From assembly GCA_976551045.1 (NCBI GenBank), contig CDPCPM010000010.1:7068001-7132000 (forward strand): DNA of 64,000 nt, given 5' to 3'. Positions 25,098 through 38,660 of this stretch are shown here, piece by piece (the first letter of the stretch is position 1; each line of letters starts with the position of its first letter). The translations under genes were made by a program, and so were the position numbers. The DNA is from Glaucostegus cemiculus. Taxonomy: Eukaryota. The notes below the pieces were generated by a model. That model saw only the letters and a list, made by a program, of their open reading frames with translations. It did not search any database and was not told the DNA's origin.

Positions 25098-26314
25098 GCT
25101 AATCAGGAAGTTGAGCGCTCTGGGCATTAACACCCCTCTCTGCAACTGGATTTTCTAACTTGCAGGCCGCAGTCAGTGAAAATTGGTGAAAACACCTCAA
25201 GCACCATCACATTGAGCACTGGCTCCCCTCAGGGTTGTGTGCTCAGTCTGCTCCTGTTCACCTTGTTGACTCACAACTGTGAGGCCAGATCCAGCTCCAA
25301 CCGCATTGTCAAATTCGCCGATGACACGACAGTGGTGGGTCTTGTCACGAATGACGATGAGTCGGACTACAGAGAGGAGGTGAAACAACTAGCCGTGTGG
25401 TGCTATGACAACAACCCCTCCTTGAATGTGGATAAAACCAAGGAGATGATAGTGGATTTTAGGAGGGGTCACCGTGTGCACGCCCCGCTGACCATCAACG
25501 GGTCTGCTGTGGAACAAGTACGCAGCACCAAGTTCCTGGGGGTGCACATCACCGATGACCTGACCTGGTCCACTAACATTACAGCCCTCACGAAGAAAGC
25601 TCAGAAATGCCTCTACTTTCTGCGGAGACTGAGGAAAGCGTACTCCCATCCCTCCGTCATGAAAACCTTCTATAGGGGGACCATTGAGAGCATCCTAACC
25701 CAATGTATCACTGCTTGGTTTGGAAGCTGCTCAGCTGCTGGGCGTAAGTCCCTCCAGAAGATAGTTAGGGCTGCGGAGTGGATCATAGGTGTCTCGCTTC
25801 CATCCCTCGCAGACATATACAAAGACCGTTGTGTGAGGAAGACCAAAAGCATAATGGCCGACCCTTCTCACCCCTCCCACCACCTCTTCACAATTTTGCC
25901 ATCAGGGAGGAGGCTTAAATGTATCAGGGCAAGAACGACCAGGCTGAACAATGGCTTCTTTCCGCAAGCCATCAGAACTGCAAACTCTCTCATCCCTCCA
26001 TCTTCCTTTGTTAACACTAAGAGATGCTAGGTGCACAGAAATGCACCAGCACTTTAAATGCCCAACACCAGCCCGTTCACTTTAATAACTATTTATTTAT
26101 TTACTGCCCATTTTTTATTTAATCTGCATATTAATTTAATTTTAACTTACGTAGTTCTTAATGTTTACTGTTTTTTAATGTTTATTCTGTTAAGTGTGTC
26201 TGTGTGTCTCTGTTGGTTGTTATTTAATGGGACGAGCACCTGAGGAGGACGGTATCTCGCTCCTATGCATACTATGTATGTATATGGTTGTGACAATAAA
26301 ACTGATTCTGATTC
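25098..26314 (+). mobile_element. 5'-truncated Rex1/Babar-like LINE inserted into an old CR1 (CR1 debris ~24960-25097 and 26315-27020)
   Basis: RT ORF, AATAAA followed by an (ATTCTG)n tail, and TSD TGGCA at 25093-25097 and 26315-26319. Confidence 0.88.
25176..26030 (+). pseudogene. Reverse transcriptase C-terminal fragment (284 aa open frame) of the Rex1/Babar-like LINE
   Basis: GSPQGCVLS.LLF, KFADDTTVVGL, LNVDKTKEMIVDFRR, KFLGVHI, LYFLRRL and FFPQAIR motifs; the N-terminal RT and endonuclease are missing. Confidence 0.9.
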
Positions 26315-28397
26315 TGGCATGTTTCTGGAAGAAATGGTTCAGGTAAAGCTAAAACAGATTCCTATGAGGTGCAAAAGCCAAATAATTCAGAGCTCCCTGG
26401 CTGATGAAAGATGTTCAGAGGAAAATAAACTATAAAAGGCTGCTTATGACAAATGTCAGGTTGTAAATTTCAGTAAGAACCAAAACTGATTATAAAAGAA
26501 TCAGAGGGAAAGTGAAAACTAAAATAAGAGGAGAAAAGAAAAGCTACAAGCATACATGGGAATCCAAAAGCAATCTATTAGCATATAGAAGGTAAAAAGG
26601 AATGAGATGGGCCTATTAAGGACAAAATGGGAACTTGCATTATTGATACTGAGGGCAGAGTTAAGTTATTACTTTGCAATGATCTTCAAGGAAAAGTGTA
26701 CTTGCAACATAACAACAGGAGGTAGTTTAGACATGATTTCAATTGCCATTTGTGTTGTGCTGCAAGTATCCACTTCTATGAATGTCTTAAGTGATGGGAA
26801 AGAAAGCCATGAATCCTGCTTTGTGGATGATGTAAAATTGGGCAGTAAGGCAAGCATTGCTGACAGAAGCACAAAAAAAACCCAAAGTTAGTGGGTTTGG
26901 TGAATGGAACTGGCAAATTATTGTAGGTTAATTATTAATTTAAAATCTGAGGTTGGTAGATTTTTGATAACAAAGGTATTAAAAGATGAAGGGAAAAAAT
27001 GACAAACTGAATGGAGAAACTGATTTGAGGGGCTAGGTAGCTAATTCCTTTTGTCACCATAATTATTAGCCACAAGTACTTTAAGGCAGGATTGGATGAG
27101 TGACTGTTCCACCAGTCTTTCTGCATTGCTGAAGCCAGTGTTAAATCAAGGAAGAAAGTATGAATTATCAATCCTCTGCAAAATGCATGCGAAGGCCTTT
27201 TTGTAAGAGAGATTATGGAACATGTAGAAAGTGATAATTATTCTGGAAACAAAGAATGTGGCAAAAAATAAATAACACAATTGTACTTCAATTGTCCAGC
27301 TAAGTGATGTGGTGGTTTGATAAAACAGGACTACGTTTAACACCCAAGATCTAGTACATGTACCTAAAATGAAGCCTCGCTAAGAATTGATGACGAAGCG
27401 TACATTTTGGTGACTGTTCCCCTGATGATGATCATATCTACAAGTGGGAAAATATAAATCTATGGGGCGGGAGGAAGTGTCTCATTGTGCATAGGAGCCT
27501 GAATGGTAACATGAATGCAAATTCTGAAGAAATGTGTTGCCTTTTCCTATTGCTGAATTCTCCTGTGCAGAAGAGAGTAACAAAGATTTTGCAGGTTGCA
27601 TCTGTGAAAGCTCTGGTATCTGTAGGCAGCATACTGATTAAGATTGCAGTGTTAGGAATTTTGCAAGCTTGAGTTACCTGATACATAAACATCAAGGGCA
27701 ACAGTTGGTCTGACAGCTTCTGTTATGGTGATGCATTTATTGTACAGAGGACTCTAAAAGAGTTAACAATGATCTCTGCACTGACTCTTTCCTAAGCCTT
27801 GGCCTTCCAAGATAAAACTCCAGTGTCATTAAAAGGTAGCTTAGGTGAGATATCACAAGCAGCTTCTTTATGACCTTACTGATCTTTGCCAAGTCCAGTG
27901 TCAGGGAAAATTGAAAGCAATCTTCATAGCGAGCAAAATTCTAGATTGTTAAAGAAGAAATTGAACCAACTAACCTTTAAGTGAAGGCTCCAGCTTTCTC
28001 ACTGTACTTGCCCTTGAGTTTATTCCTCATTTTCCACTGGTTATATGATACAGATGTAATGTAAAATTATTCCCTCTTACAAATTAGTGTATCAAGTGAA
28101 CATTTAGCAATCAAGTTAAGTCCATAAATGGATAGCGAACAATTGGTGTACTACCAACAATGTTGTCAGAGTTGCTGTCAGAGTAAAACTTTATCTTACC
28201 AGACATCTACAGCATTGCCTCTGAAAGCTGCAGAGCCTAAAAATATCAGTATCACATGAAATAATTAAAAATAAAACCTTATGTTGCTATCTAGAATTCA
28301 GCACAGATGCAGCACTAATAAACTGTTGCTTTTGTATTGAGTCAACATGTTTTTACAGAAGATTTTCTATTCTCTGAGCCAAAGGCAATTTACAAGG

Positions 28398-28450
28398 GGC
28401 TGTGGTGGGGGGTGGGGGGTGGGGGGGAGGTGCATGGAATCAGTTTGGGG
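28398..28450 (+). repeat. G-run cluster (potential G-quadruplex)
   Basis: GGGGCTGTGGTGGGGGGTGGGGGTGGGGGGGAGG. Confidence 0.5.
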
Positions 28451-30659
28451 ATGAGGTAAATGTGGGGTGGATCAGAGGAATACTGCCAGGTAAACAAATC
28501 AACTCGTCACAGATACACAAGTCTGCAAGCATCAACAACTCTTATTTTACAATAGTGGGTCTGATTTTTATCAGTTAATAAAATTTATACTCTTAGAAAA
28601 ATCTCATCTGTCTGCAAAAAGGATTATTTGACTTCACAATCAAAGTGGCTTATTTTCCAATGGCATGAAAAGGCAGAAAAGAATTACTTTCCACAGTAAT
28701 GATTAAATGAGGTGCTATCTGATGTTCATTAAATTCTTAAGATGAAATCTCCAATCCATGCTTTTTAGAAATGGGATTTGGAATTATCTGACTCTAGGAT
28801 TATCTTTTAACTTCTATGCATTGTGTATTAGCTTGCTTCAATTAGCACCACTCTCACTTCTGAATCAGAAGGTCACACAGGCTCAAGTCTCAAATGTAAT
28901 TTTAACTGACATTTCAATATATAATTGCATTGCCTCTGGTACCACCTTTTAGATGAAGTTCAGCAATGCCCACCTGCTTGTTCCTGATGTTTATACCCAA
29001 GCATCCATCTGCTGGATATGTGTATAAATTGGTGGCTGGTTCCGCCCCTCCCATGTAACAATGATGCCAAGATGCATATAAAGTGCTTCGTTATACTTCT
29101 AAGGAATGTAGTTAGATGCTACAAATGCAAGGTTATTGAAAAATCTATGACAAAATATCTAAATATGAGAAGTTTGCTTGTGTTGCACACATTCTCTCCA
29201 CATGCCTTACTTCCAGCTGTTGTGATTATTGATCCTGTTGTTATGTTAACCTTTACCATTAATTTATATTTTCTATTAAGTTTTACTGTGTCAACTGTTG
29301 TCATTATGGCCATTCTATAGAATAAGTTCTTAAAATATTCTTAAATCCTTTACCATCTTGTATTTTATAGACAGCTAACCATAAAAATTAACACAAGGCA
29401 ATTTAGTAGTCGCCAATAAAGAAAATATTTGATTTTTTTTTGTATTCTTCAACATTACCAAGATTACACCATTACTTGGCTTGCAATTAAGCTTCAATAA
29501 CAGCTGTAGTTTGCACTCATGCAAGCCAAGCCACACAGCTACTTAGAATTCTTTGTATACTTGTACTTAAGTTAATGTCACCACTTAGTCTTTTTTTAAA
29601 TGCAGTGCCTCAGGATCAAAGGTGCTTCCAAACCAATTCTGAGGATCAGATGATACCAGTACACAAACTCTTGCAATGCTGGGTGCCTGTTGCTCACCAC
29701 CTACCATGTAATTTATAAACATATGTTCACCAACAATTTTTCATAATTTCTCAGAACATAACCAAATTACTGAAATCAACAAATCATAGTAATAATGTAC
29801 TAAGTTCAGCTATTCAGTTGTTCTGCTGGTTTAGATGGGCTTGCTCCAATTGTCCTCACACTCTAAAATGCTCTCCATTAGCATTCAGTCTACATCACTT
29901 GGTAAGTGTGCAGGTTCTGATGAAACATGCCAGGATTCAAACTTGTGGTATCCTTACACTGAGATTGACAGTGCTGTCTCATCTGCATAATGGTCTTAGG
30001 GTTCATATTGCTCTCAATCTACTGTGTAATTTGCTGTTGTTATCCAGAGATGAGTGTAATCCAGCCCCATTTAAAAATAGCCCTTTCGGGTCAACAATCC
30101 CATGTCAGAGTTTAGCCTCCAGCCAGTATCTGAGGAGTCATGGACTTGGGAATTAGATAATTTAATGTTATTGTTTTTGTCCCCAGAGTTGCTGATTTGA
30201 CAATCGGCGACCTTTCCTGAAATCCACTACCATCTCCTTGGTTTTTTCCACATTGAGAGAGGTGCCTTAGCAATTCTAGTAACCTTTTGGAGGATAGATT
30301 ACTGGAATGACATTATATTAAATTATTTGAATATGGGTAATCCCACAATGACAGCAGTCTAAGACTGCATAACAGACAGTTTTCGTGCTCTTTGGCATTT
30401 CACACATGGACATAGGCATCTTATACCTGCCAATAAGCCTTCATTTGCTTGCTGCCCCCATCAAGGTCCTCCTGTTTGTTTTGTTCTTATGAGTATTTTA
30501 GGTTCTGTGCATCCCCGCTAAAGCCAGCATTTATTTCCCTTCCTTATATACTTTTAGGAAGATGGTGGTAAACCACCTTCTAGAATTGCTCTGGTTAAGG
30601 TACCTCTAAAATGCTCTTGCCTGGTGCGTTCTAGGAGTTAGGTCTGACATTAATGAAAG

Positions 30660-31560
30660 GAAACAGAAGAACAGAAAATAAGGACAGATTAAGCCATTTG
30701 GCCCTTTGAACCTGCTCCATCATTCAGTACAATCATTGCTAATTCTTGATTGTGATGCCATATTTCCACACTCACTTAGTACCTCTTGATGCCTTTTTGT
30801 GTTTAGGAATCCATCCCTCTCAAGTACATTCAGTGTTTTAGCCTCCAGTCTTCTGTGGTAGAGAATTCACCATCTGAGCAAAGAGATGTCTACACATCCC
30901 ACTCTTAAAAGGTTCACCCCTTCTGAGTCTGTGACTCCCTTATTCTAGACGCTCACCCCAGCCAGTTTAGCCCTGTCAGAATTTTGTAATAGAACATAAA
31001 AGATAGAACACTGGCAAAGAGCATATCTGTAGAAAGTTTTAAGGGAATGATTTTCTCTGCTCAATTTCATTGAGGTGCAAAGCTTCAGATGCCTCTGCAT
31101 CACTAAAGAAATTTTGCTTGAAGTTTGCTGCAGCCATAATTGCAACCTCAAAGGAAGACAGAGACCACATTGTCTACGGCTGTCAAGATAACCTTCCGGG
31201 TAACAGTAACAGCTCCTGGGATGATGTTGTCAACATATGCAGCACTCAATGTTTATATTGACCTCTTTCATGAAGGAGGCCATTGAGAGACAGGGAGGGA
31301 GGAGGTGTGGAGGACGGAGGAGGGAGAACGTTACAGCACAGTACACGCCCTTCGGCCCACAATGTTGTGCTGACATTTCATCCTGCTCTAAGATCTATCT
31401 AACTCTTCCCTCCCACATAGCCCCCTATTTTTCTATCTTTCATGTGTCTGTGCTGCCAATGAGATCCCTTATTCTTCTAAACTCAATTAAATATTGGGCT
31501 AATTTCTACTCATATGACAGCCCTAATACCCCAAAAATCAGTTTCATAAAACATTGCTGC
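30660..31560 (-). mobile_element. Old CR1 3' region, fragmented, with a younger subfamily-C tail at 31325-31450
   Basis: GCCATTTGGCCCTTTGAACCTGCTCC...CTGTGGTAGAGAATTCAC; resumes at 31455 CCAATGAGATCCC.TATTCTTCTAAACTC. Confidence 0.6.
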
Positions 31561-32483
31561 CCCCCCCTCTAATGTGTTAGACATTGTTGATGGGATGGAT
31601 GGCCTGGAGCAAGGTATGAGGCTAGTAATGAAGTTAATGGGCGATGGGGCTTTTCATTGCTCTTTCTCATGAGGGCGAGGTCATCAAACTTTGTCTGCCA
31701 CTGAATCCAAGTGGGCATTTTATTTTTGGTGTTGATCATTTAACCACCAGCCTATGGTCGTTCAGAATAAATCCAGGAACTCTCTTCTCCCCTTCTATTA
31801 GGACATCCAGAGTTGTATCATTATATCAAAATGCCCATTCTTGTCCCTGCGCTGGCCTGGGTTCCCCCATGCATCAAGCAACTGTGGAATAAAGTGAGCA
31901 TTTCCTCTTTAAGGGGGGCAGCCATGGCTTCAATTAGAGCCATTAAACTCCAGCTAGTACTAATAACTTCTGAGATTGCATTTTGTGACACATGCCAGTG
32001 TTTTAGACAGCTTATTTGGCCCTGTGTGCAATCATCATAGTGAGACACAGGCATGACTTTAAAGGTGTTTTTTGTTAGAGGTTAGTTATGCATAGCTGTT
32101 CCAGCCCATGATTTTCCTGTGTGATCATTTATTCTGAAAAAGTTTAAATTTTGTTTTATTTTAAATATTGCAGTAAGCACCTAAAATTATTGACCGCAAC
32201 TCCCTCCTGTCTTCTCATCTCTACACCTTGACTCGCCTGCCAAATTCTTGATTTGTCACATGAGTGTTTTCCATATGGATGGAGTTATTATTATGACTAA
32301 CAATTTTAAAACATTTTATCTCCAGGGCTGAAAATGTCAGACCCTCAGTAGAAGGGAAACGACACCTAGACTGAGATTAGAGGGAATGCCACAAGAACAG
32401 CACAAAAACAAAATTCCCATTTTTCACACCAAAGACCACAGTCCTCAAAGTGTTCAACGCAACACAAATGGGTACAATTGAGA

Positions 32484-32615
32484 GACGAGATACTGCAGAT
32501 GTGCAATTTGCAGCAAAAACAAAAAAAAAAAGTGCTGGAGTAACTCAGTGGGTCAGGCTGTGTCTGTGGAGGTAAAGGGATGGTCGGTATTCTCGATGAA
32601 AGCACTTCAGGACTG
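32484..32615 (-). mobile_element. Decayed Penelope-like pseudo-LTR fragment
   Basis: ACTGCAGATG...GTGCTGGAGTAACTCAGTGGGTCAGGC...GGACTG is homologous to 9478-9552 and 50196-50460. Confidence 0.65.
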
Positions 32616-34779
32616 TTTCCTGTGTGACTTGGGTATTTAAGCAGAGAAGGGAATTTCTGTCGGTTTGAAGTTTACTAAACTAGTTGTACATTGGGTTGAA
32701 GTAAATACAATCTTTCAAACAGCCATACATTTTGGTACATTAGTTAAGAATCCTACCATTTGCTCCTGGAGGAGATGATTACACTTATTTGATGGAAGTG
32801 TAACCTCGATCATGGACTCAAATCCAACCACCTATATTGATTTTGATAGAAATAAAGATACCGTAAAAATAGCCTGAAGAGAATCCTCCAAAAATAAATT
32901 AAGGCACATCTCCAAATAGATTTGCCAGTTCTTCCTGTAATATTTTAATACAAGTGGAAAATTCAAGGCACGTGTGGCCTTATTTTTATGGCAGTAACAG
33001 GAACACTTGGTTTATGGATACAACATATCTCTGTTTAAATCCAGAATGAGGATGATATGAAACCAAAAATGATACTGTGCTAATTCACTGTTATACAGAA
33101 TGTTGTGAAAAATCCTAGAGTAACAGAGGCACTCTGCAAGCATAAGAGAGATTCCGATAAACATCTATTTTTATGACCACAGAGCACCACTTTCTCATAT
33201 TAAAAGCCGAGACTACCAGTTTTGCCTGACTAGATATGTTGCAGTCAAGTGGAAAATTTATGTTGGTAATATATGCAGCAGAGCACCCAATCCTGGTTCT
33301 AGACATTCGTATAAATTGCAAACATCTGAGCTTTTCAGGATGCTCAAGAGGAAAATGTTGATGGGATTGGATACAAAAAGAGTAATTTGCATAACTCAAA
33401 CTTTAATTTCAGATAACTTGTGTTGACTTTTGCACAACCTTTCATAAATACATAAACAATATCAGTCAGGTTTGAAATCCAAGTGGGATCATGAAGATTT
33501 TTCCAATATTTCTACAAAATATTGAGTTTTTAAAAGCTTCATGTTTGCTGCATATTTCTTAGTAATGAACTTGCACGAATAGAAATATAAATTGTAAAGT
33601 GAAAATATTTTAAACCATGTAATAGCAAACTAATTCAAATTCTTCATTATATTACTAAGTAGAAAATATATAACTATATACATCAGACCAATTATCACTT
33701 CTAAATGGCTAATGCTGCACAGCACAGACACTTTAATTACTTGAAAGCTCTGAGAAATTTGTATTTAATTTGAAAAGATCATGTGAAAAATGTGTTGTAG
33801 GTATTTTTATCTTGAAGATTTATTTGTTCACATGTCTATCTAGATTCTGTTGTCTACTTCAGCTGACAAACTAAATAGGCTGTAGGTCAGTCCTGATGGT
33901 CAATTCACTTTGCAAATGATCCAAAATATGCAGAGCTTCAGAAGTCTTTGATTGAAGTAATGATTCATCACATGTTTTGTATTAAATTACAGAGGGTACA
34001 TAGCTTTAAAAAATTGCCTTGGAACATAAATAGCTCTTCAGTCCACCATTTTATGTTTTTCATTAGAAAATTTGTGAAAATGTTACTTCCTTGATTATTT
34101 TTGTTTGCTGAAAACAATCTGCTTCTAACACATTCAGACAATGAGAAGATGTCTCATTAGGTACATGTGTCTTATTCTTAGTTCATTATTTTTATTTATA
34201 GCTTATTCTCCAGCATGTGGTATAGCTGAAGCAAACCTGACATAGGTACAGATTTGTACCGCTGTCATTTCAAGATTTTTTTGCTTCTCTTTTTGGATTA
34301 GGTTAGTGTTTTGAAAAACATTTACATATGGGTTGACAGATTAATACTACATATTTCCAGACTATTTAAAGGGTATAATTAAAAATATATACAAATGAAT
34401 GCAAATAAATATGAAGGCATATGTTTCTTATGACTGAAATCTCTTGGTGATATCACCAAAATTAAATTGGGATAAGTACAAGGTTGAAAAATCCTATTTT
34501 GGTTCTACAGTTAGGCTTAATAAAACACTTCAATCTGTATTGTTCTGGCCACAGTCTTCCTTGGTGGCAAGTAGATTAGCTGGTAACCACTTGGAAAAGC
34601 AAATTACAACATGCATGTGTCACGATACAATTAATCATTAGAGAGACCCTCAAATGGCCATTAGAAATCCCCCACCTAAGATTTCATTCTGAAATAGTCA
34701 TCCTTATTTTGAAACCCCCTTCATAGTTTTACTCCTTTCTACTTCTGTAACCTCTTTTAAGCATCTCAAACTTTAGTTG

Positions 34780-35040
34780 TACAGTCATACAGTACAGAAA
34801 CAGACCCTTTGGACCACTATGTTCCTATCTACACTAATGTTAGGTCCATATTCTTCCACACCTTGGCAATTCAAGTACTTGTCCAGAAGCTTTTTCAATA
34901 TTGTGAGAATATCTAACTCCACCAGCTCTTCAGGAAATGGATTCCAGACTCTAACCACCCTTTGTGACAGAAAAAAAAATCCCCACCCCAACCCGATCCC
35001 CTCTAGACCTCCTACCTTAAGTCCTTGCACCAGTTCTGGC
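34780..35040 (-). mobile_element. Decayed CR1 3' fragment
   Basis: ORF 34785-35051 FLSQRVVRVWNPFPEELVE...LKKLLDKYL. Confidence 0.75.
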
Positions 35041-35411
35041 CTTTTGTGCATCCCAGATTGTCATTGCTTCTCCGTTTGTAACTGTGTGTTCATTTAGCAA
35101 GCAGTGGAGGTCACTCCCTGGACATCTCACTCTCTTCAGTTACAGAAAATAAGATCATGTAGCAGGATCTTGCCTTGGGGAGAAATGTTTCAATGTATTT
35201 TTTTCCTGAAGATTAAGTTGATTCATAAATGCATCCCAGCAAGTTGTCTAGTATAGTGCATGTTTTGAATAGCAGGAAATAATTAATAAATTGTTGGAAT
35301 TTAAGAGCAAGAAGGGTAATCATAAGCAAGTCACATGTTCTATAGGTATTGTCAAATCATTTACCACAGAATGTCATTAAAACTTTCCTTAGAGAATCTT
35401 TTGGTCGCCTC

Positions 35412-35570
35412 TGTCATGATTCTGAGTACTGGCCCTTGATTTGGTTCCTTAGATGCCTCGTTGTACAGCACATGGATTCCATGCTGGACTGATTGCACAA
35501 TGACACACACCTGAGCCCCAACAGGGGCCTAGTATAAGTATCTGGGTTTCTGTAGCATTAGTGGCCAGAG
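35412..35570 (+). mobile_element. Partial LTR (putative U3 plus start of R), left arm of the fold-back
   Basis: TGTCATGATTCTGAG...AGTATAAGTA...GTGGCCAGAG; inverted repeat of 35824-35982. Confidence 0.9.
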
Positions 35571-35575
35571 TATTC

Positions 35576-35982
35576 TGTCACAATGCTGATTGAAGAGCAA
35601 GCTCACAGAGAACCCAAATGCGGCACACAGGTACAAGACTGGAGTCAGGATACTTCCTCGGGACCGGACACAGGCAACACTGGAAGGAATCTTGCCTCTG
35701 AGATCTGAGTAGTAATCCCAACACAAACTGAATCTTCAAGCAGGACTAGAGAATGCAGGACTGCTCTAAAGTAGACCACTCTAAGCAGCTAGGAGCCAAA
35801 GTAAACCCAAAGGTTGACCAATCCTCTGGCAACGCGTGCTAGAGAAACCCAGGTACTTATGCTAGGCCCCTGATGGGGCTCGGGTGTGTGTCATTGTGCA
35901 ATTAGTCCAGCATGGAATCCATGTGCTGTACAACGAGGCATCCAAGGAACCAAATCAAGGGCCAGTACTCAGAATCATGACA
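35576..35982 (-). mobile_element. Complete LTR, copy 3
   Basis: TGTCACAAT...ATCATGACA, colinear with 977-1364 and 50708-51105; no TSD of its own (TATTC vs ACCAC). Confidence 0.9.
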
Positions 35983-38660
35983 ACCACTTCCAACATCACA
36001 TTACTTAGTTCAATTTTGTTTTGGAATTATCCTTTGGAATGTCTTGGGGAAAAATCACTTCATCAAAGGCACTAATAAAAGACAAATTGGCTAGGGTATT
36101 TGGAGGAGAATACCCTTGTGTACCTCAGTGAGAAATAGTGTGTTCACATTTTCATTAGGGTGCAATGAAACTATCATCTACCGTAGTCACTAGGGTTGCA
36201 TGTTTGCTTTAATAGTATGGGCTAGCTTTAAGTGATGCTAGCCTCTCTTTGCCATTATCACTAATTAGTAGGAAGCAAGTAGTCATCATCCTGTCACCCT
36301 GACTCCATGGGAAGCAATGGGGGTGGTGGTGAATTAATTACCTTTCTGGGGACTGTCAAATCTAGCCCCCCCCCACACGCAAGAGCCTGTAAACATATCA
36401 TTTTATCATTGTTGCCTCACAAATAATAACGTTTGATTCTTCTCTCAAGTTAGTCAGTTTTCTTTGATAGAAAAAAAAATCTTTGTCTCATCATGTTTAC
36501 TTTTATTGAAAGGCAGCAACAAAAGGTAATTCCAGTTATTAGAAAGGTTAGCAGAAGCTGGAGTTCCTTTGGAAAACAAAATACTTCAAAATTAAGATTT
36601 AAGATCAAGTTGATTGACAAATTCATTCTGTCAAATTGTTCTGTATGTTGAAGGATCTGGATAGCAGGAGATAATTAATATTTTAGAAACAAATAGCAAG
36701 AAGGTAGTCATGAAGAACTCAACTGGCAAGAATGCATTAAAGAGTTGAATGCTTTACCTTAGAGTGTTATTGAAATGGACAGTGTAAAGAAGCTCAAAAT
36801 ATAATTGTATGAATTGCTGGGGGGGGGCATAAAAAATGGAAAAAATATAGTCGGAGGGCATGATTTGATATAAAAGATTCCTACATTCTTGAAATATGTA
36901 TTGCAAGTTAGTAAATTGTATGTATACAAGTTTTAATAACTCCAGTACATGAAACTTACAGTTTATATATTGGTATAATTTGTAGGATAATTCTGAATTG
37001 ATAACTAAAGTCTAGAATTATTCATAAACTGTTTTCAGTAGTGGTTTGATTGACAGCCATTCCATGAGTACTTGATTTTTTTGCTTTATATATCATCAAC
37101 AACCTATGAAGACAATACTGGATTCAAAATTTTCAAAGCTTAATCTTTATGTGGAACGAGTAGGGTGTTTGGCACTAAATACTTTGGAACAAGATGCATT
37201 TAGCAATAGCCGGCTAGCTTGTCAGGGCTTGGAACAATTTGGATTTGAATAGAAACTCTTCTCTAAGTTACATTACAGCAAACAAGCTGCTGTTTTTCTT
37301 TTTATACCTTGATATATGCCAAGAAACATATTTCTGCATTAAATTACAAGTAGCAGGAAGTGATTCAAAGGATAAAGAAAAAAAATATTTTGGCTTAGAT
37401 GACAGATATAAACAGCTCAGGTTCTCATCTCATCGCATGTGGGGTTAGTAATAATTACCGACATAACCATTATACTCATTGATCCATAATTTGAGTAGGT
37501 TAATATCAACTGGAGGTGCATAGTTGTCTTGAAAATGCTCACATCAGTGCTGCTTATATATAAATACTGTTCCTGTGCTTGAAATTCATGATAATCCTCA
37601 CACACGTATTCATGCATATAATACATATAATTTTTATCAATACATTTTCTTTCATCTCCGTAATGCAAACCCACCAAGCTGGACCCTTAACACCACATAA
37701 CACAATCTTATTCTTGAAAGATGCAATACAGTGAATTATTCTTGATCCTGCATTGAGTAAGGACACTATAGTCAGGGATTCATGACAGGACAATAGGTTT
37801 TTCTTATAAATGTTACCAAAAGGTAATTCTAGGGTACATTCTGGAAAAGTCAACATGAGTGATTGTAACCTTATTCACCTTGCCAAGCAGGCAGGCAGTT
37901 AAAATCATACCTTCACCCTCCACCCACAGACTGTACATCCTGCAGGTGATTATACACCAAGCAATCATACAAGTACAAAAAAAACAATGAAGTGATTTTC
38001 TTGGATTTCAGTACCTGGAAGATGGGAAACCCAAACAGACTTATTCCTGAACACACTCTGTACACCAGTTGTACAATCCATTAAACTTCAAGCACAAACT
38101 AATACACAAAAATGTTCTTGATTTTGGGAATCAAAATGGATTTTTGGTACAATATTGACCAAATATTTGTATTTTTGAAGCTTTTATTTATTTTCTGGGG
38201 TTACAATATAAAATTTCACACATTAAAAAGTCAGAAAATATCAGACTGTTAAACCACTGTAACCTGTGCAGCACACAGATTAAATTTTATTACATTACTC
38301 AACTAATTTCCCGTAAATGCAGCTAAAATGATAAATGCCATACTAAATTGATCTAGTTAAGACTAATGTTCTGCGCAACTATCAAAAGGAAGACTCTGTT
38401 TGTCTTTCTTTACTAATTTAAGAAAAACAAGTAATTATAAAACTCTGTTTAGTCATATACTTAAATATGCAATAGGATGTTCTGACTAACAGCATTAGTC
38501 AGATGCAGTGGATTCATTGCTGCCACAAGTTCACTGCTACATTTCCAACTTTCCTATTTTGAGACTAATGGTCTATACATTTAAGTACTAGTTTTTCTTT
38601 AATGCAAAGTACCCGAAAAAAAGTAGCACATTCATTATTTCTGCAGAAGGAAGTGAATAC

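Noticed and set aside
27425-27502. ATGATGA...CTGA spaced like a C/D snoRNA
   Set aside because: No terminal stem and no recognisable rRNA or snRNA guide.
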